Source: an uncultured Lentisphaerales bacterium (GTDB lineage: Bacteria > Verrucomicrobiota > Lentisphaeria > JABSQK01 > CAJWLW01). From it: 64,000 bases of DNA. Each line of letters opens with the position of its first letter. Position 1 is the first letter of the stretch. Below are positions 29,494 through 38,439 of the stretch, piece after piece. The position numbers were made by a program, and so were the translations under genes. Below the pieces are notes generated by a model, which made no database searches, was not told where the DNA came from, and saw only the letters and a list, made by a program, of their open reading frames with translations. The stretch spans positions 1,293 through 65,292 of the forward strand of contig CAYWQM010000011.1 of the NCBI GenBank assembly GCA_964460215.1, read 5' to 3'.

Positions 29494-30468
29494 CTACAGA
29501 CCGAACAGTCGAGCTGCGTTGTTCCAGAAAATATCCTCGACAGCGTTGTCGTCGAGCCGTTCAGACCAACAGGCGTGTTTGACTGAGCGCAGGTGTTCGA
29601 GCCCGATCAGGACTGGATCGATCTTCAGGTGTTTCTCCCCCCACACCGGGGTTTCCTCATAGAGCCAGATGAAGGCGTCCGAGGCGGAGAGGGACCGGCC
29701 GCGCAGGTGCGACACCGGCAGGTCCGAACCGTACATCAACTTGTCGTGGCCGATGATCCGGATGATGGCCTGATGCGCGATCGGCTCGCAATTGGCACTG
29801 GTATCAAAGTACAAGTTGTCGAGCCCGGTGAGTTGCGGCAGACCCTCAAGATTGTGGACCGGCTGAAAACCGCGCGCTGAATGCGCCAGGATCAGACGTA
29901 TGTCCGGATAGGTTTCGCAGTATTTGCGGATCCAGTGAATGTTATCGGGATCCGCCACGGCGCGGGACTTCACCATATGCAGGGTGATCGCCCATCCTTC
30001 CTCATTGGCGACGGCGACCAGCGGCTCCGGCAGGAAATCCGGAATGCTCGCCTCCCACGTCGGTGTCACATCGGCAAAGGAGTGATAGCACTTGAGACCG
30101 TGCATGCCGAGGCGTCTGACCTCCTGGCGCACCCATTCGGGATCGTCCTTGGGGGTGACGAAGAAAAGGCCACGGCAGTTTTTTCCAAGCGCCGTCTGTT
30201 CTGCATGCCAGGCATTGCTCCCATGCTGCGCCGCCTCGTTGCCCGGCTCGACCAAGGAGAGAAACAGTGCACCGTCCGTGCGGTCTCCGTGCAAGTCCCT
30301 TATAGCATTCATGTATTCGGCGTAGCCGACATCGCCGGGGGTGCCGTCCAGCGAAAAGGCCGCCATGTCCTGCCCGCGCCACAGGTGGCAGTGGGCGTCG
30401 TAGATTTTGTCAGGCAGGAAGGTGGCGAGCTCGCGCTCAAAGAATTCTTCGTCGGCAGGTGTTCTCAT
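29494..30468 (-). CDS. Amidohydrolase family protein (amidohydro_2-like)
   Basis: IYDAHCH, GLKCYH, ITLHM, ILAHSARG, YFDTS, LMYGSDLP, IFWNNAARLF. Confidence 0.88.
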   Translation of the reverse strand: MRTPADEEFFERELATFLPDKIYDAHCHLWRGQDMAAFSLDGTPGDVGYAEYMNAIRDLHGDRTDGALFLSLVEPGNEAAQHGSNAWHAEQTALGKNCRGLFFVTPKDDPEWVRQEVRRLGMHGLKCYHSFADVTPTWEASIPDFLPEPLVAVANEEGWAITLHMVKSRAVADPDNIHWIRKYCETYPDIRLILAHSARGFQPVHNLEGLPQLTGLDNLYFDTSANCEPIAHQAIIRIIGHDKLMYGSDLPVSHLRGRSLSASDAFIWLYEETPVWGEKHLKIDPVLIGLEHLRSVKHACWSERLDDNAVEDIFWNNAARLFGL

Positions 30469-30817
30469 TGGATTATCTGGCCCTGGTTCTGGCGGTGAGG
30501 TGCGGCTGCATCCGCTGCCGGAGCAATATAAATTTCCATTGCAACTTCGGTCTGCATATTGTTGACGCCCATCGTCGGTTCAGCGAATAAGACTGATGTC
30601 AGAATCTATGAAGAAGAGAAGATATTGCGAATGCTCCCTCTATATTCATTTGACTATTCACCTCCTCTTCGAGTTTGTGCCCAATGAAAATTGACTGTGT
30701 CCCCTTCTTGATCCACCCGGCGTGCCGGGCCTTGAGCAGCGCCCGCTGCATCGTGCAATTCCGCGATTTTCCTGCCGATGCCTTCATCGATCCCGTGAAC
30801 CTCGCCCCATCAACGTC

Positions 30818-32284
30818 ATGAAAGTATTTGCCGGCGGCGTCGCCACCGAGACCAAAACGTTTGCCCCGATTCCTACCGGCATGGCCGACTACGATGTCAT
30901 TCGCCCGGGCGAGCTGGAGACCGGCAGTACGGTAGCCGGTTTCGAGCAGACAATCAGAATCTGGAACGCGGAATCAGCTGAATGCGGGTGGGAATTCACC
31001 TTCGGCCTGTTTGCCTTTGCACAACCTGCAGGTGTTACGGTGCGGGCGGTGTACGAAAGCCTGCGAGACGAGTTGCTGGCTGCCCTCGAGTCTGCGATGC
31101 CTGTCGACATCGTCCTGCTCTGTCTGCACGGTGCCATGGTCGCCGACGGCTACGACGACTGCGAAACCGATATCATCGCACGGGTCCGTGACATCGTCGG
31201 ACCTGCCGCAACGATCGGGGTCGAGCTGGATCTGCACTGCGACGTCACAGCGCAGATGATCGAGCAGACGGACGCGATTGTGCTGTTCAAGGAATACCCG
31301 CACACGGATATTGGTGAGCGCGCGTTCGATCTCTTTCGAATCATTTCAGACTGCGCAACGGGCAAGGTTCGCCCTGTCATGGCGCTGTTCGATTGCCGCA
31401 TGATCGGCATGTACCTGACACCGTTCGAGCCGATGCGATCGTTCGTCGATGACATGACCGCAATGGAAGGACAGAACGGTGTTCTGTCCCTGTCCGTCGT
31501 TCATTGTTTCCCGTGGTGCGACGTCCCCACAACGGGCACGCAAATTCTGGCAGTCACCGATGATGATCACGAACTTGCGATCCGGATCGCGGCAGAACTG
31601 GGGCACAAGTTCTTTGACCTGCGCCATGAGTTGCAGGTTGACTCGCTGGATATGCACAGCGCCCTGGACAAGGCGCTGTCGAGTCCGGACGGTCCGGTGG
31701 TGGTCGCCGATCAGGCAGATAATGCGGGTGGCGGTGCGCCGAGCGATTCGACGTTCGTCCTGCGTGAACTGCTTCATCGAAAAGCGGAAAACGCGGCACT
31801 GGGAATGATCTGGGATCCTATTGCCGTGCAGACTGCGATTGCGGCGGGAGAAGGCGCCACATTGGACCTGCGTCTGGGCGGCAAGATGGGACCGATGTCG
31901 GGGGACCCGCTGGACCTGTCCGTAACGGTCACGGCGATCGTTCCGGACATGATCCAGGCATGGCCCCAGGGGAGCGCGCGCCCGATGCAGTGTCCGGTGG
32001 GAAATGCCGTAGCTCTGCATTGCCAGGGCATCGACATTGTTGTCAACAGCAGGCGCAGTCAGGTCTTCAGCCCCGAAGTGTTCAGCAAGTGCGGCATCGA
32101 TCCGATGCAAAGGCAGTTGCTGGTGGTGAAATCGACCCAGCACTTTTATGCCGGCTTCGAGCCGATTGCTGCCCAGGTCATCTACATGTCTGCGCCCGGC
32201 GCCATCCCGCTGCACTTCACGGAGATCCCGTACACCAGGGTCGATACCCGCAAGTTTCCGTGGGTCGATAATCCGTTTGAGTGA
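30818..32284 (+). CDS. M81-family metallopeptidase (MlrC-like)
   Basis: ATETKTF, LCLHGAMV, ELDLHCD, FKEYPHTD, DQADNAGGGAPSDST, VVKSTQHFYAGF. Confidence 0.92.
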   Translation: MKVFAGGVATETKTFAPIPTGMADYDVIRPGELETGSTVAGFEQTIRIWNAESAECGWEFTFGLFAFAQPAGVTVRAVYESLRDELLAALESAMPVDIVLLCLHGAMVADGYDDCETDIIARVRDIVGPAATIGVELDLHCDVTAQMIEQTDAIVLFKEYPHTDIGERAFDLFRIISDCATGKVRPVMALFDCRMIGMYLTPFEPMRSFVDDMTAMEGQNGVLSLSVVHCFPWCDVPTTGTQILAVTDDDHELAIRIAAELGHKFFDLRHELQVDSLDMHSALDKALSSPDGPVVVADQADNAGGGAPSDSTFVLRELLHRKAENAALGMIWDPIAVQTAIAAGEGATLDLRLGGKMGPMSGDPLDLSVTVTAIVPDMIQAWPQGSARPMQCPVGNAVALHCQGIDIVVNSRRSQVFSPEVFSKCGIDPMQRQLLVVKSTQHFYAGFEPIAAQVIYMSAPGAIPLHFTEIPYTRVDTRKFPWVDNPFE

Positions 32285-32416
32285 TCGGTGGTCCCATGGC
32301 AGTGAACGTTTTTTTGCCACAGCGGCAACGCCGTGCCCACTCTCCACCTTGACTGTACTGCAACCCAAACTAAACTGATTCAGGCAGATTCACTGCCAAC
32401 CAAAAAGGGGGGTATC

Positions 32417-32755
32417 ATGTATTCGATTTTCGTAACGCTCGACATCGAGCCTGATTATATCGATCGGTTCAAAGAGGTGAGTCTGGGAGATGCCCAGGGC
32501 GCCGTGCGCGACGAACCGGGATGTTTTACGTTTGCCATCAATCAGGATGAGGAAATACCGACGCGTTTCTATCTCTATGAAGTGTACCGTGACGAAGCCG
32601 CCTTCAAGGAGCACCTGGAAACACCGCACTTCAAGGAATGGCTTGCCGCGGCAAATCCCATATTCTCGGGCCCGAGATCGAAGGTGATCATGAACACGGT
32701 CTTCCCCTCCGACGCCGGCCTGGAAAAACAGAAGCCGGGCCTGCTCGACTGGTAG
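32417..32755 (+). CDS. Antibiotic-biosynthesis-monooxygenase (ABM; LsrG/YgiN-like) protein
   Basis: AVRDEPGCFTF..RFYLYEVYRDEAAFKEHLETPHFKEW; G-rich RBS. Confidence 0.88.
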   Translation: MYSIFVTLDIEPDYIDRFKEVSLGDAQGAVRDEPGCFTFAINQDEEIPTRFYLYEVYRDEAAFKEHLETPHFKEWLAAANPIFSGPRSKVIMNTVFPSDAGLEKQKPGLLDW

Positions 32756-32808
32756 ACGCCGCTACTTACCCGCCAGCAACTCGATCTTCGGCATCAGACC
32801 ACGATTGC

Positions 32809-34008
32809 CTACGGCACACCCGCCAGAACCTCAATCTCAGTCAAACAGGACGAGAATCCGTCGCCGCAGATCCCCTGTCCGGCAGCAGCAGTGGTGAGTT
32901 GCGCCGCGAGCTCGGCAATGATTTGATTGATGTTCGTGTATGGCGCGCCGGCACAGAGACCGTCGAACACGGCGGTATGCAGGTCAACGCAATCGATGCA
33001 CGGCGCGGTGCTGGTGATCTGGGCAACGCCGATCTTGTTGGTCAAGAAAAACAGCGGGATATTGGACAGCAACGCACCACCGCCAACACCGAAAATCTCG
33101 ACGCCCTGAAAAGAACGGGCAGCGTACACACGTGAGTTATTGGCGGTGACGACGATGCCGGCGCCAGAAGTCCCCTGGGCTGTGCTGCCGGCAACGCCTC
33201 CAACAATCGTGGCGGTCGCGGTGTCGATGATCTCTATGGGAATACCGTTGGCGTGGGAAACGTAAAGCATAGTGCCTGCAGGATTGAGTGCGATCCCGGT
33301 CGGACCGGCAGCCACCGGGATCGTCGAGACGTTCCACGTATTGATATCGATCACCACGACGTCGCCGTTGTTTTGGTGGACGGTATAGAGCCGGTTGCCG
33401 TCCGGGGTAATCTCGAGCGCCCCATTGCCGTCCTGCAGGGTCGCGGGAATCGATCCGGTAACAGCGTTGGTGGCGGTGTCGATAACAGTGATCGCGTTGG
33501 TGGTAATCGCATGTGACACATAGAGTGTCGAGTCATCCGGTGAAATCGCGATACCGGTGGGATCAACCGGGACGGTGATTGACTGGGTGACCGTGTTCGT
33601 CGCGGTGTCGATCACATAAACGAGATCTGTCCCGTTGGCATCGAACGTCGCGTACACCACACTGCCGTCGGACTTGAAGGCGAAATCCGAAACCGCTCCG
33701 TTTGACGATGCGAACGAAGTGATGAGCGTATTCGTCGTGCCGTCGATTGCCGAAATGGCTCCCGAGAGTTCCGGGCCGACATAGACCTTCGTGCCGTCAG
33801 GCGATACGCCGACGCCACGATTGCTGTTGGCCGTAGAAATAGTAGTCACCAGAGTGTCGGTTGCGGTGTCGATAACGTCCACTTGCGACGACGTCTGATC
33901 TGTCACATACGCGAAGGGTGCCGTGAAACCGGGCCTGACGACAGCAAAAAAAGTGCAGACCAATACATACACACCAAAGCTGTGTGCCACCGAGTGGGTT
34001 GGGGGCAT
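32809..34008 (-). CDS. Secreted YVTN/YncE-type beta-propeller protein with Cys-rich C-terminal tail
   Basis: Hydrophobic leader; about 7 blades of the type VIDTATN.V...I....P.GIA.SPD...LYV; 5-Cys tail. Confidence 0.85.
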   Translation of the reverse strand: MPPTHSVAHSFGVYVLVCTFFAVVRPGFTAPFAYVTDQTSSQVDVIDTATDTLVTTISTANSNRGVGVSPDGTKVYVGPELSGAISAIDGTTNTLITSFASSNGAVSDFAFKSDGSVVYATFDANGTDLVYVIDTATNTVTQSITVPVDPTGIAISPDDSTLYVSHAITTNAITVIDTATNAVTGSIPATLQDGNGALEITPDGNRLYTVHQNNGDVVVIDINTWNVSTIPVAAGPTGIALNPAGTMLYVSHANGIPIEIIDTATATIVGGVAGSTAQGTSGAGIVVTANNSRVYAARSFQGVEIFGVGGGALLSNIPLFFLTNKIGVAQITSTAPCIDCVDLHTAVFDGLCAGAPYTNINQIIAELAAQLTTAAAGQGICGDGFSSCLTEIEVLAGVP

Positions 34009-34230
34009 GATAAGTCCTTGTAGACAGCTGGATTGGGCTGGACAACTGGATGGTAGAACATCCACTTGCCCCAGTTATCGGATAATTGGCACGAAATTGC
34101 AAGCAAAAATATTTGACCAGGAAAGTTCTGTTGCCAGGCAGCAGGCATATCTGCACCTTCCAGTTATATTGCCGATCCCAAGCTCCGTAACCAAGCACCC
34201 AACGCCCCATCGATCTGAGAGGAACGAACA

Positions 34231-35649
34231 ATGAAAATGTATGTCGCCGGCGAATGGGTCGGTTCGGATGAGACCATCTCGATCACCTCGCCATTCGATG
34301 GCAGCGTAGTCGACGAAGTTCCTGCCGCCGACGCCGCTCAGGTCGAAACCGCCCTCGCAGCCGCTGTCGAAGGTGCCCGCCAGATGCAGGCATTGACCGC
34401 ATATGAGCGCCAAGGGATTCTCAATCGCGCTGCCGAGCTCGTTGCTGAACAGGCGGAAGACCTTGCCGAGACCATGAGCCGCGAAATGGGCAAGCCTATC
34501 AAGGAAGCCCGCGGCGAGGTCGGACGAATGCCGGACCTGCTGCGTTTGTGCGGCTTCGAGGGCGCCCAGCTGCGCGGCGAGACACTACCGATCGATGCCC
34601 AGGTCGGTGCCGCCGGCAAGTTCGGGTTCACGCTGCGCGTGCCGTGCGGGGTTGTTCTCGCCATCACACCGTTCAATTATCCCGTCCTGCTGGTCCTGCA
34701 CAAGCTGGGCCCCGCCCTGGCCGCCGGCAATGCGGTCATCCTGAAACCGGCCGGCTACACGGCCCTGACCGGCCTGAAATTGACTGAACTGCTCGTACAG
34801 GCAGGCCTGCCGCCGCTGGCGCTGCAGTGCATCACCGGTCCGGGAAGCGCCGTCGGCAGCCAACTGTGTGCCGACGAGCGGGTACGCAAGATCAGTTTCA
34901 CCGGCAGCGCACCAGTCGGCGAACACATCACCAAAATCGCCGGCATCAAGAAGCTGTCACTCGAGCTGGGCTCGAATGCGCCGATGATCGTGATGCGCGA
35001 CGCCGACCTCGACCAGGTCGCCAAAGCCACGGCGGTAGGTGGCTTTGTCAACGCCGGGCAGGTGTGCATTTCGACCCAGCGCGTCCTGGTCGATCGCGAT
35101 GTGTACAGCGACTTTCTCGACGCAACCAAAGCAGAAGTCGAGGGCATCGTCAGTGGTGATCCATTGGACGAAAATACCGGACTGGGCCCGCTGGTCGAGG
35201 AGACCGAGGCAATGCGTGTCGACGAATGGGTCCGCGAAGCTGTCACCGGTGGTGCCCGCTTAGTCACCGGTGGCGAACGCGACGGGGCGCGCTACGCCCC
35301 GACGATCCTGGCCGACGTCGATCCCGGCATGCGGGTGTCCTGTGAGGAGCTCTTCGGACCGGCAATCGCAGTGACGCCCGTGGACGACATCGATACGGCA
35401 ATCAGCTTGGCGAACGACAGCAGGTTCGGTCTCGGCACCGGCATTTTCACGCGTGACATCAACGACGCCATGCGTTACGCCCGCGAAGCGGAGTGCGGCA
35501 ACGTGATGATCAACTGGACACCCCTGTGGCGGGCCGATTTCCAACCGTACGGCGGCTTCAAGCAAAGCGGTATCGGCAAGGAAGGCCCGCGCTATGCCAT
35601 CGATGAAATGACCGAGATCAAGACCGTCGTCGTGCACGGACTGGATTGA
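34231..35649 (+). CDS. NAD(P)-dependent aldehyde dehydrogenase
   Basis: ITPFNYP, ILKPA, SFTGS, LELGSNAP (Glu), GQVCIS (Cys), EELFGP, PYGGFKQSGIGKEG. Confidence 0.95.
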   Translation: MKMYVAGEWVGSDETISITSPFDGSVVDEVPAADAAQVETALAAAVEGARQMQALTAYERQGILNRAAELVAEQAEDLAETMSREMGKPIKEARGEVGRMPDLLRLCGFEGAQLRGETLPIDAQVGAAGKFGFTLRVPCGVVLAITPFNYPVLLVLHKLGPALAAGNAVILKPAGYTALTGLKLTELLVQAGLPPLALQCITGPGSAVGSQLCADERVRKISFTGSAPVGEHITKIAGIKKLSLELGSNAPMIVMRDADLDQVAKATAVGGFVNAGQVCISTQRVLVDRDVYSDFLDATKAEVEGIVSGDPLDENTGLGPLVEETEAMRVDEWVREAVTGGARLVTGGERDGARYAPTILADVDPGMRVSCEELFGPAIAVTPVDDIDTAISLANDSRFGLGTGIFTRDINDAMRYAREAECGNVMINWTPLWRADFQPYGGFKQSGIGKEGPRYAIDEMTEIKTVVVHGLD

Positions 35650-35684
35650 CCTGGATCAAGTAGAACGGTTATCTGCCGCCGGCA

Positions 35685-37880
35685 CTACTGTGAGAATTCT
35701 ATCGTGAATTCGGGCACGGTGCCGTCTTCCACATCCATACCGACCCCGAAGTTCCGGTGTCCGTAGTTCTCGCTTCCCACCGCCGGATCCTGCCACGTAT
35801 GTTTGTCACGGCAAATTGACGACGGCGGCCGTTCGTCGCTGTCACGCGAGTGGTCCAGGTATTGGTCAGTGCCGCCGATGTCCAGCAGGAGTCCGAATGA
35901 ATTGGCATGGAAGTCGTACGGACCGTAGCGATATCCGCGTTTGCGGTATTCGTCACGGAACGGCGCAATGCCGCGTCCGCCGGTGCCGGCCGGGTACAGA
36001 TATGTGTCGTCGCCGCCGATATCAACGAGCAACGCGTTCGAGCGGATGTCGGCTCGCGCCATACTGTTGCCCCACGCCGAGTAGACATCGTTGCCGCCCT
36101 TGTTGAGCAGCAGTGCAACGGTGAAATCCCAGCCGAACCCCAGCCCCGCACCGCCGGTCTCGAACAGCTCATGGTGATCATTGCCGCCCTCATCGATCAG
36201 CACGCCGATGCAGAAGTGCGCCCCGCTGCCCTGGGTGAAGTACACACTCTTATAGTGATCGTCCCCTGCCCCGTCGAACAGCAGCCCCGTACCGTACCAG
36301 TATCCGAGTCCGACTGAGAAATTCCCCGCCAGGTAAGTGTCGTCGCCGCTGGAGTCGATCATCGTGCCGAGGCCGCCGGCCCAGTTATGGCCATCCGAAC
36401 CATCGCCGCGCCGGCCGGATCCGACGCCCTGCGCATGGCTGATGGCGATCTTGCCGCCGGAATGATAATCGGCGCGCCCGGCCTTTTCAGCGTAAACCTC
36501 GGCTTCGTACTGGTCGTTGCCGGAGTGGTTCGCCAACACGCCGACACCGCCCGGCCCACCGTACCCCTGGCCGTCACCGAAGAAGTAGAAGCGATCATTG
36601 CCGCTGCCGTCCAGATGATAGCCGAGACCGAAATAGCCGGCGCCCTGCCCTGCCAGAGTCATCGTGTAGCTATCGTCACCATCGCGGTCAAACAACAGCC
36701 CGAGACCGAAGAGACCGACACCCTGCGCATGCGAGCCTGCGGTGTAGGTGTCGTTGCCGCCGTTGTCGATCAGGACACCGGCACCGAGGATACCGGCGCC
36801 CTGGGCCGGCACCTCCTCCGATACGTAGTTGTAAACATCGTTGCCGGCGCAATCCAGCGCGATGCTGATCGGCAGCGAGGGTGACGACGTGGCGCCGACC
36901 GGACCGGTATAGCGATCGTCGCCACCCAGGTCCACGAGCACGATGGCGTCGTCATAGGCATGCGTATCGGCGCCGGAGCCAGCCAGGACAACCCGCCCGA
37001 TCGGCGTGACGAAGTCGAAGCCGGCCGCAGTCAGATCAAGATCGGTCTCCAGTACCGCGGCAAAGGCGTGACGGGCGTCATCGGCCGCCTGCACCGCTTT
37101 CATGCCGGCGTAATACAGCGACGGTTCATCGAGGTCCTCCGCCAGATCGTCGATTGCGAAATGATAGACCCGGCTGCCCGAATGGGTTTGAGGCAAGTCC
37201 CGAATGTGGAAGACTTCATTGAGATCCTGCGGACTGACATGGCGCATCGCCCGCTGCCGCCATTGCCACGCATCCAGCGCGTTGAGCACCAGTGCCGCCA
37301 GCGGTTGCCGGATCGCGGGATCGAGTTTCGCGGCCTGGTCCCGCAACTCCTGTCGGGCGTTCTTGTCCCAGCCCCGCCATTTCTCGCCGGGACTCAGACC
37401 GAAAGTCTTCACCGTCAGTTGACCGCCGGTGACAGCATAGATCCGGTCAATGGCATCGACCAGCGGCGTCTCGTCATCGAGCTGCGGATCGAGGTTGGCG
37501 CTGTATGAGCGAAACCCGGTTATCTTGCGATCGACGCCGAGGAAATAGACAAGCTGGTACAGGGCATTCGGCTTCTCCAAGCCCTCAGCACTCAGATACG
37601 CGTCGACCGCCATGGCCATGAGGCAAGTGAACTCGTAGCTTGCCAGCGGCTCAGCGAAGAGATCATTGAAAAACGGCAGAAGATGCGGCATCTGATCGGG
37701 ATTCGGATACCGTGACCAATAGCCCTTCGGCCGATAGCCCAGATCATCCCGTGAAAACCCGACCAGCCCCAGCGCCGCCCCCAGGCGATCCACCTGTGCC
37801 GGCCCCTTCTCCTGTGCCGCTGCGGTCATGCCCAGTGAAAATAACGTCAGCAGCGCAAGCAGACGAGATATGCGCTTCAT
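35685..37880 (-). CDS. Secreted protein with about 12 Gly/Asp-rich LxDxxGxDxY repeats
   Basis: Signal peptide MKRISRLLALLTLFSLGMTAAA; tandem repeats of QGxGxxGxGxLxDxxGxDxY. Confidence 0.75.
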   Translation of the reverse strand: MKRISRLLALLTLFSLGMTAAAQEKGPAQVDRLGAALGLVGFSRDDLGYRPKGYWSRYPNPDQMPHLLPFFNDLFAEPLASYEFTCLMAMAVDAYLSAEGLEKPNALYQLVYFLGVDRKITGFRSYSANLDPQLDDETPLVDAIDRIYAVTGGQLTVKTFGLSPGEKWRGWDKNARQELRDQAAKLDPAIRQPLAALVLNALDAWQWRQRAMRHVSPQDLNEVFHIRDLPQTHSGSRVYHFAIDDLAEDLDEPSLYYAGMKAVQAADDARHAFAAVLETDLDLTAAGFDFVTPIGRVVLAGSGADTHAYDDAIVLVDLGGDDRYTGPVGATSSPSLPISIALDCAGNDVYNYVSEEVPAQGAGILGAGVLIDNGGNDTYTAGSHAQGVGLFGLGLLFDRDGDDSYTMTLAGQGAGYFGLGYHLDGSGNDRFYFFGDGQGYGGPGGVGVLANHSGNDQYEAEVYAEKAGRADYHSGGKIAISHAQGVGSGRRGDGSDGHNWAGGLGTMIDSSGDDTYLAGNFSVGLGYWYGTGLLFDGAGDDHYKSVYFTQGSGAHFCIGVLIDEGGNDHHELFETGGAGLGFGWDFTVALLLNKGGNDVYSAWGNSMARADIRSNALLVDIGGDDTYLYPAGTGGRGIAPFRDEYRKRGYRYGPYDFHANSFGLLLDIGGTDQYLDHSRDSDERPPSSICRDKHTWQDPAVGSENYGHRNFGVGMDVEDGTVPEFTIEFSQ

Positions 37881-37941
37881 AACGAATTCCCCGCTTTGAT
37901 TATCGACCTGATAAAGTTCTGCAAAAAAAACCGGCGGCAGC

Positions 37942-38304
37942 CTACAACTGCAGCGGTTCCGGGGTTCGCAGGATGAACGTCTTCCTGATGTACTCCGGGA
38001 CGTGCCATTTCGTCTTCGAGCCGAGCGGCATGTGTCCGAAGTCACCGGCACGCAGGGTGACTGTCTCGCCACCGACTTCCTCGATCGTTGCTTCGCCTTC
38101 GAGGATCAGGACAAACTCGTCCCAGGCATAGTCCCAGGTAAAATCGCCCGCGGTGCAATCCCAGACGCCCTGCGTCACTTTGAGATCCTCCGTCTGCGAC
38201 GAGATCCAGATCTTCGCAACCGGGTCGCCGGCGATGATCTGCTCGGGGGCAATCGGGAAATCAGTCAACTCGACGGATGCAGCTTGATGAGTGCTCAGGG
38301 ACAT
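37942..38304 (-). CDS. Cupin domain protein (Cupin_3/DUF861-like)
   Basis: Strong RBS AAAGGAGG; GVWDCTAG..WDEFVLILEGEATI..LRAGD..W..RKTF. Confidence 0.88.
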   Translation of the reverse strand: MSLSTHQAASVELTDFPIAPEQIIAGDPVAKIWISSQTEDLKVTQGVWDCTAGDFTWDYAWDEFVLILEGEATIEEVGGETVTLRAGDFGHMPLGSKTKWHVPEYIRKTFILRTPEPLQL

Positions 38305-38439
38305 GGTGAACCTCCTTTGTTTTTGAATTCGTAACATAGGCACGCTTTGGTCAGGGTGCCAGAGGATTTTTTATCATCTCTAAATTAACCTGTCCTGCGT
38401 CGCCCAGCGCGCTATACTATCCGTTCACAGGAAACATCT

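Noticed and set aside
30818-32284. Microcystin degradation cluster
   Set aside because: Only an MlrC-family gene is present; no mlrA, mlrB or mlrD in the window.
34231-35649. ALDH as PhnY partner of phnW
   Set aside because: About 19 kb from phnW, and it reads PFNYPVLLVLHK rather than the PFNHPLNQVAHK I recall for PhnY.
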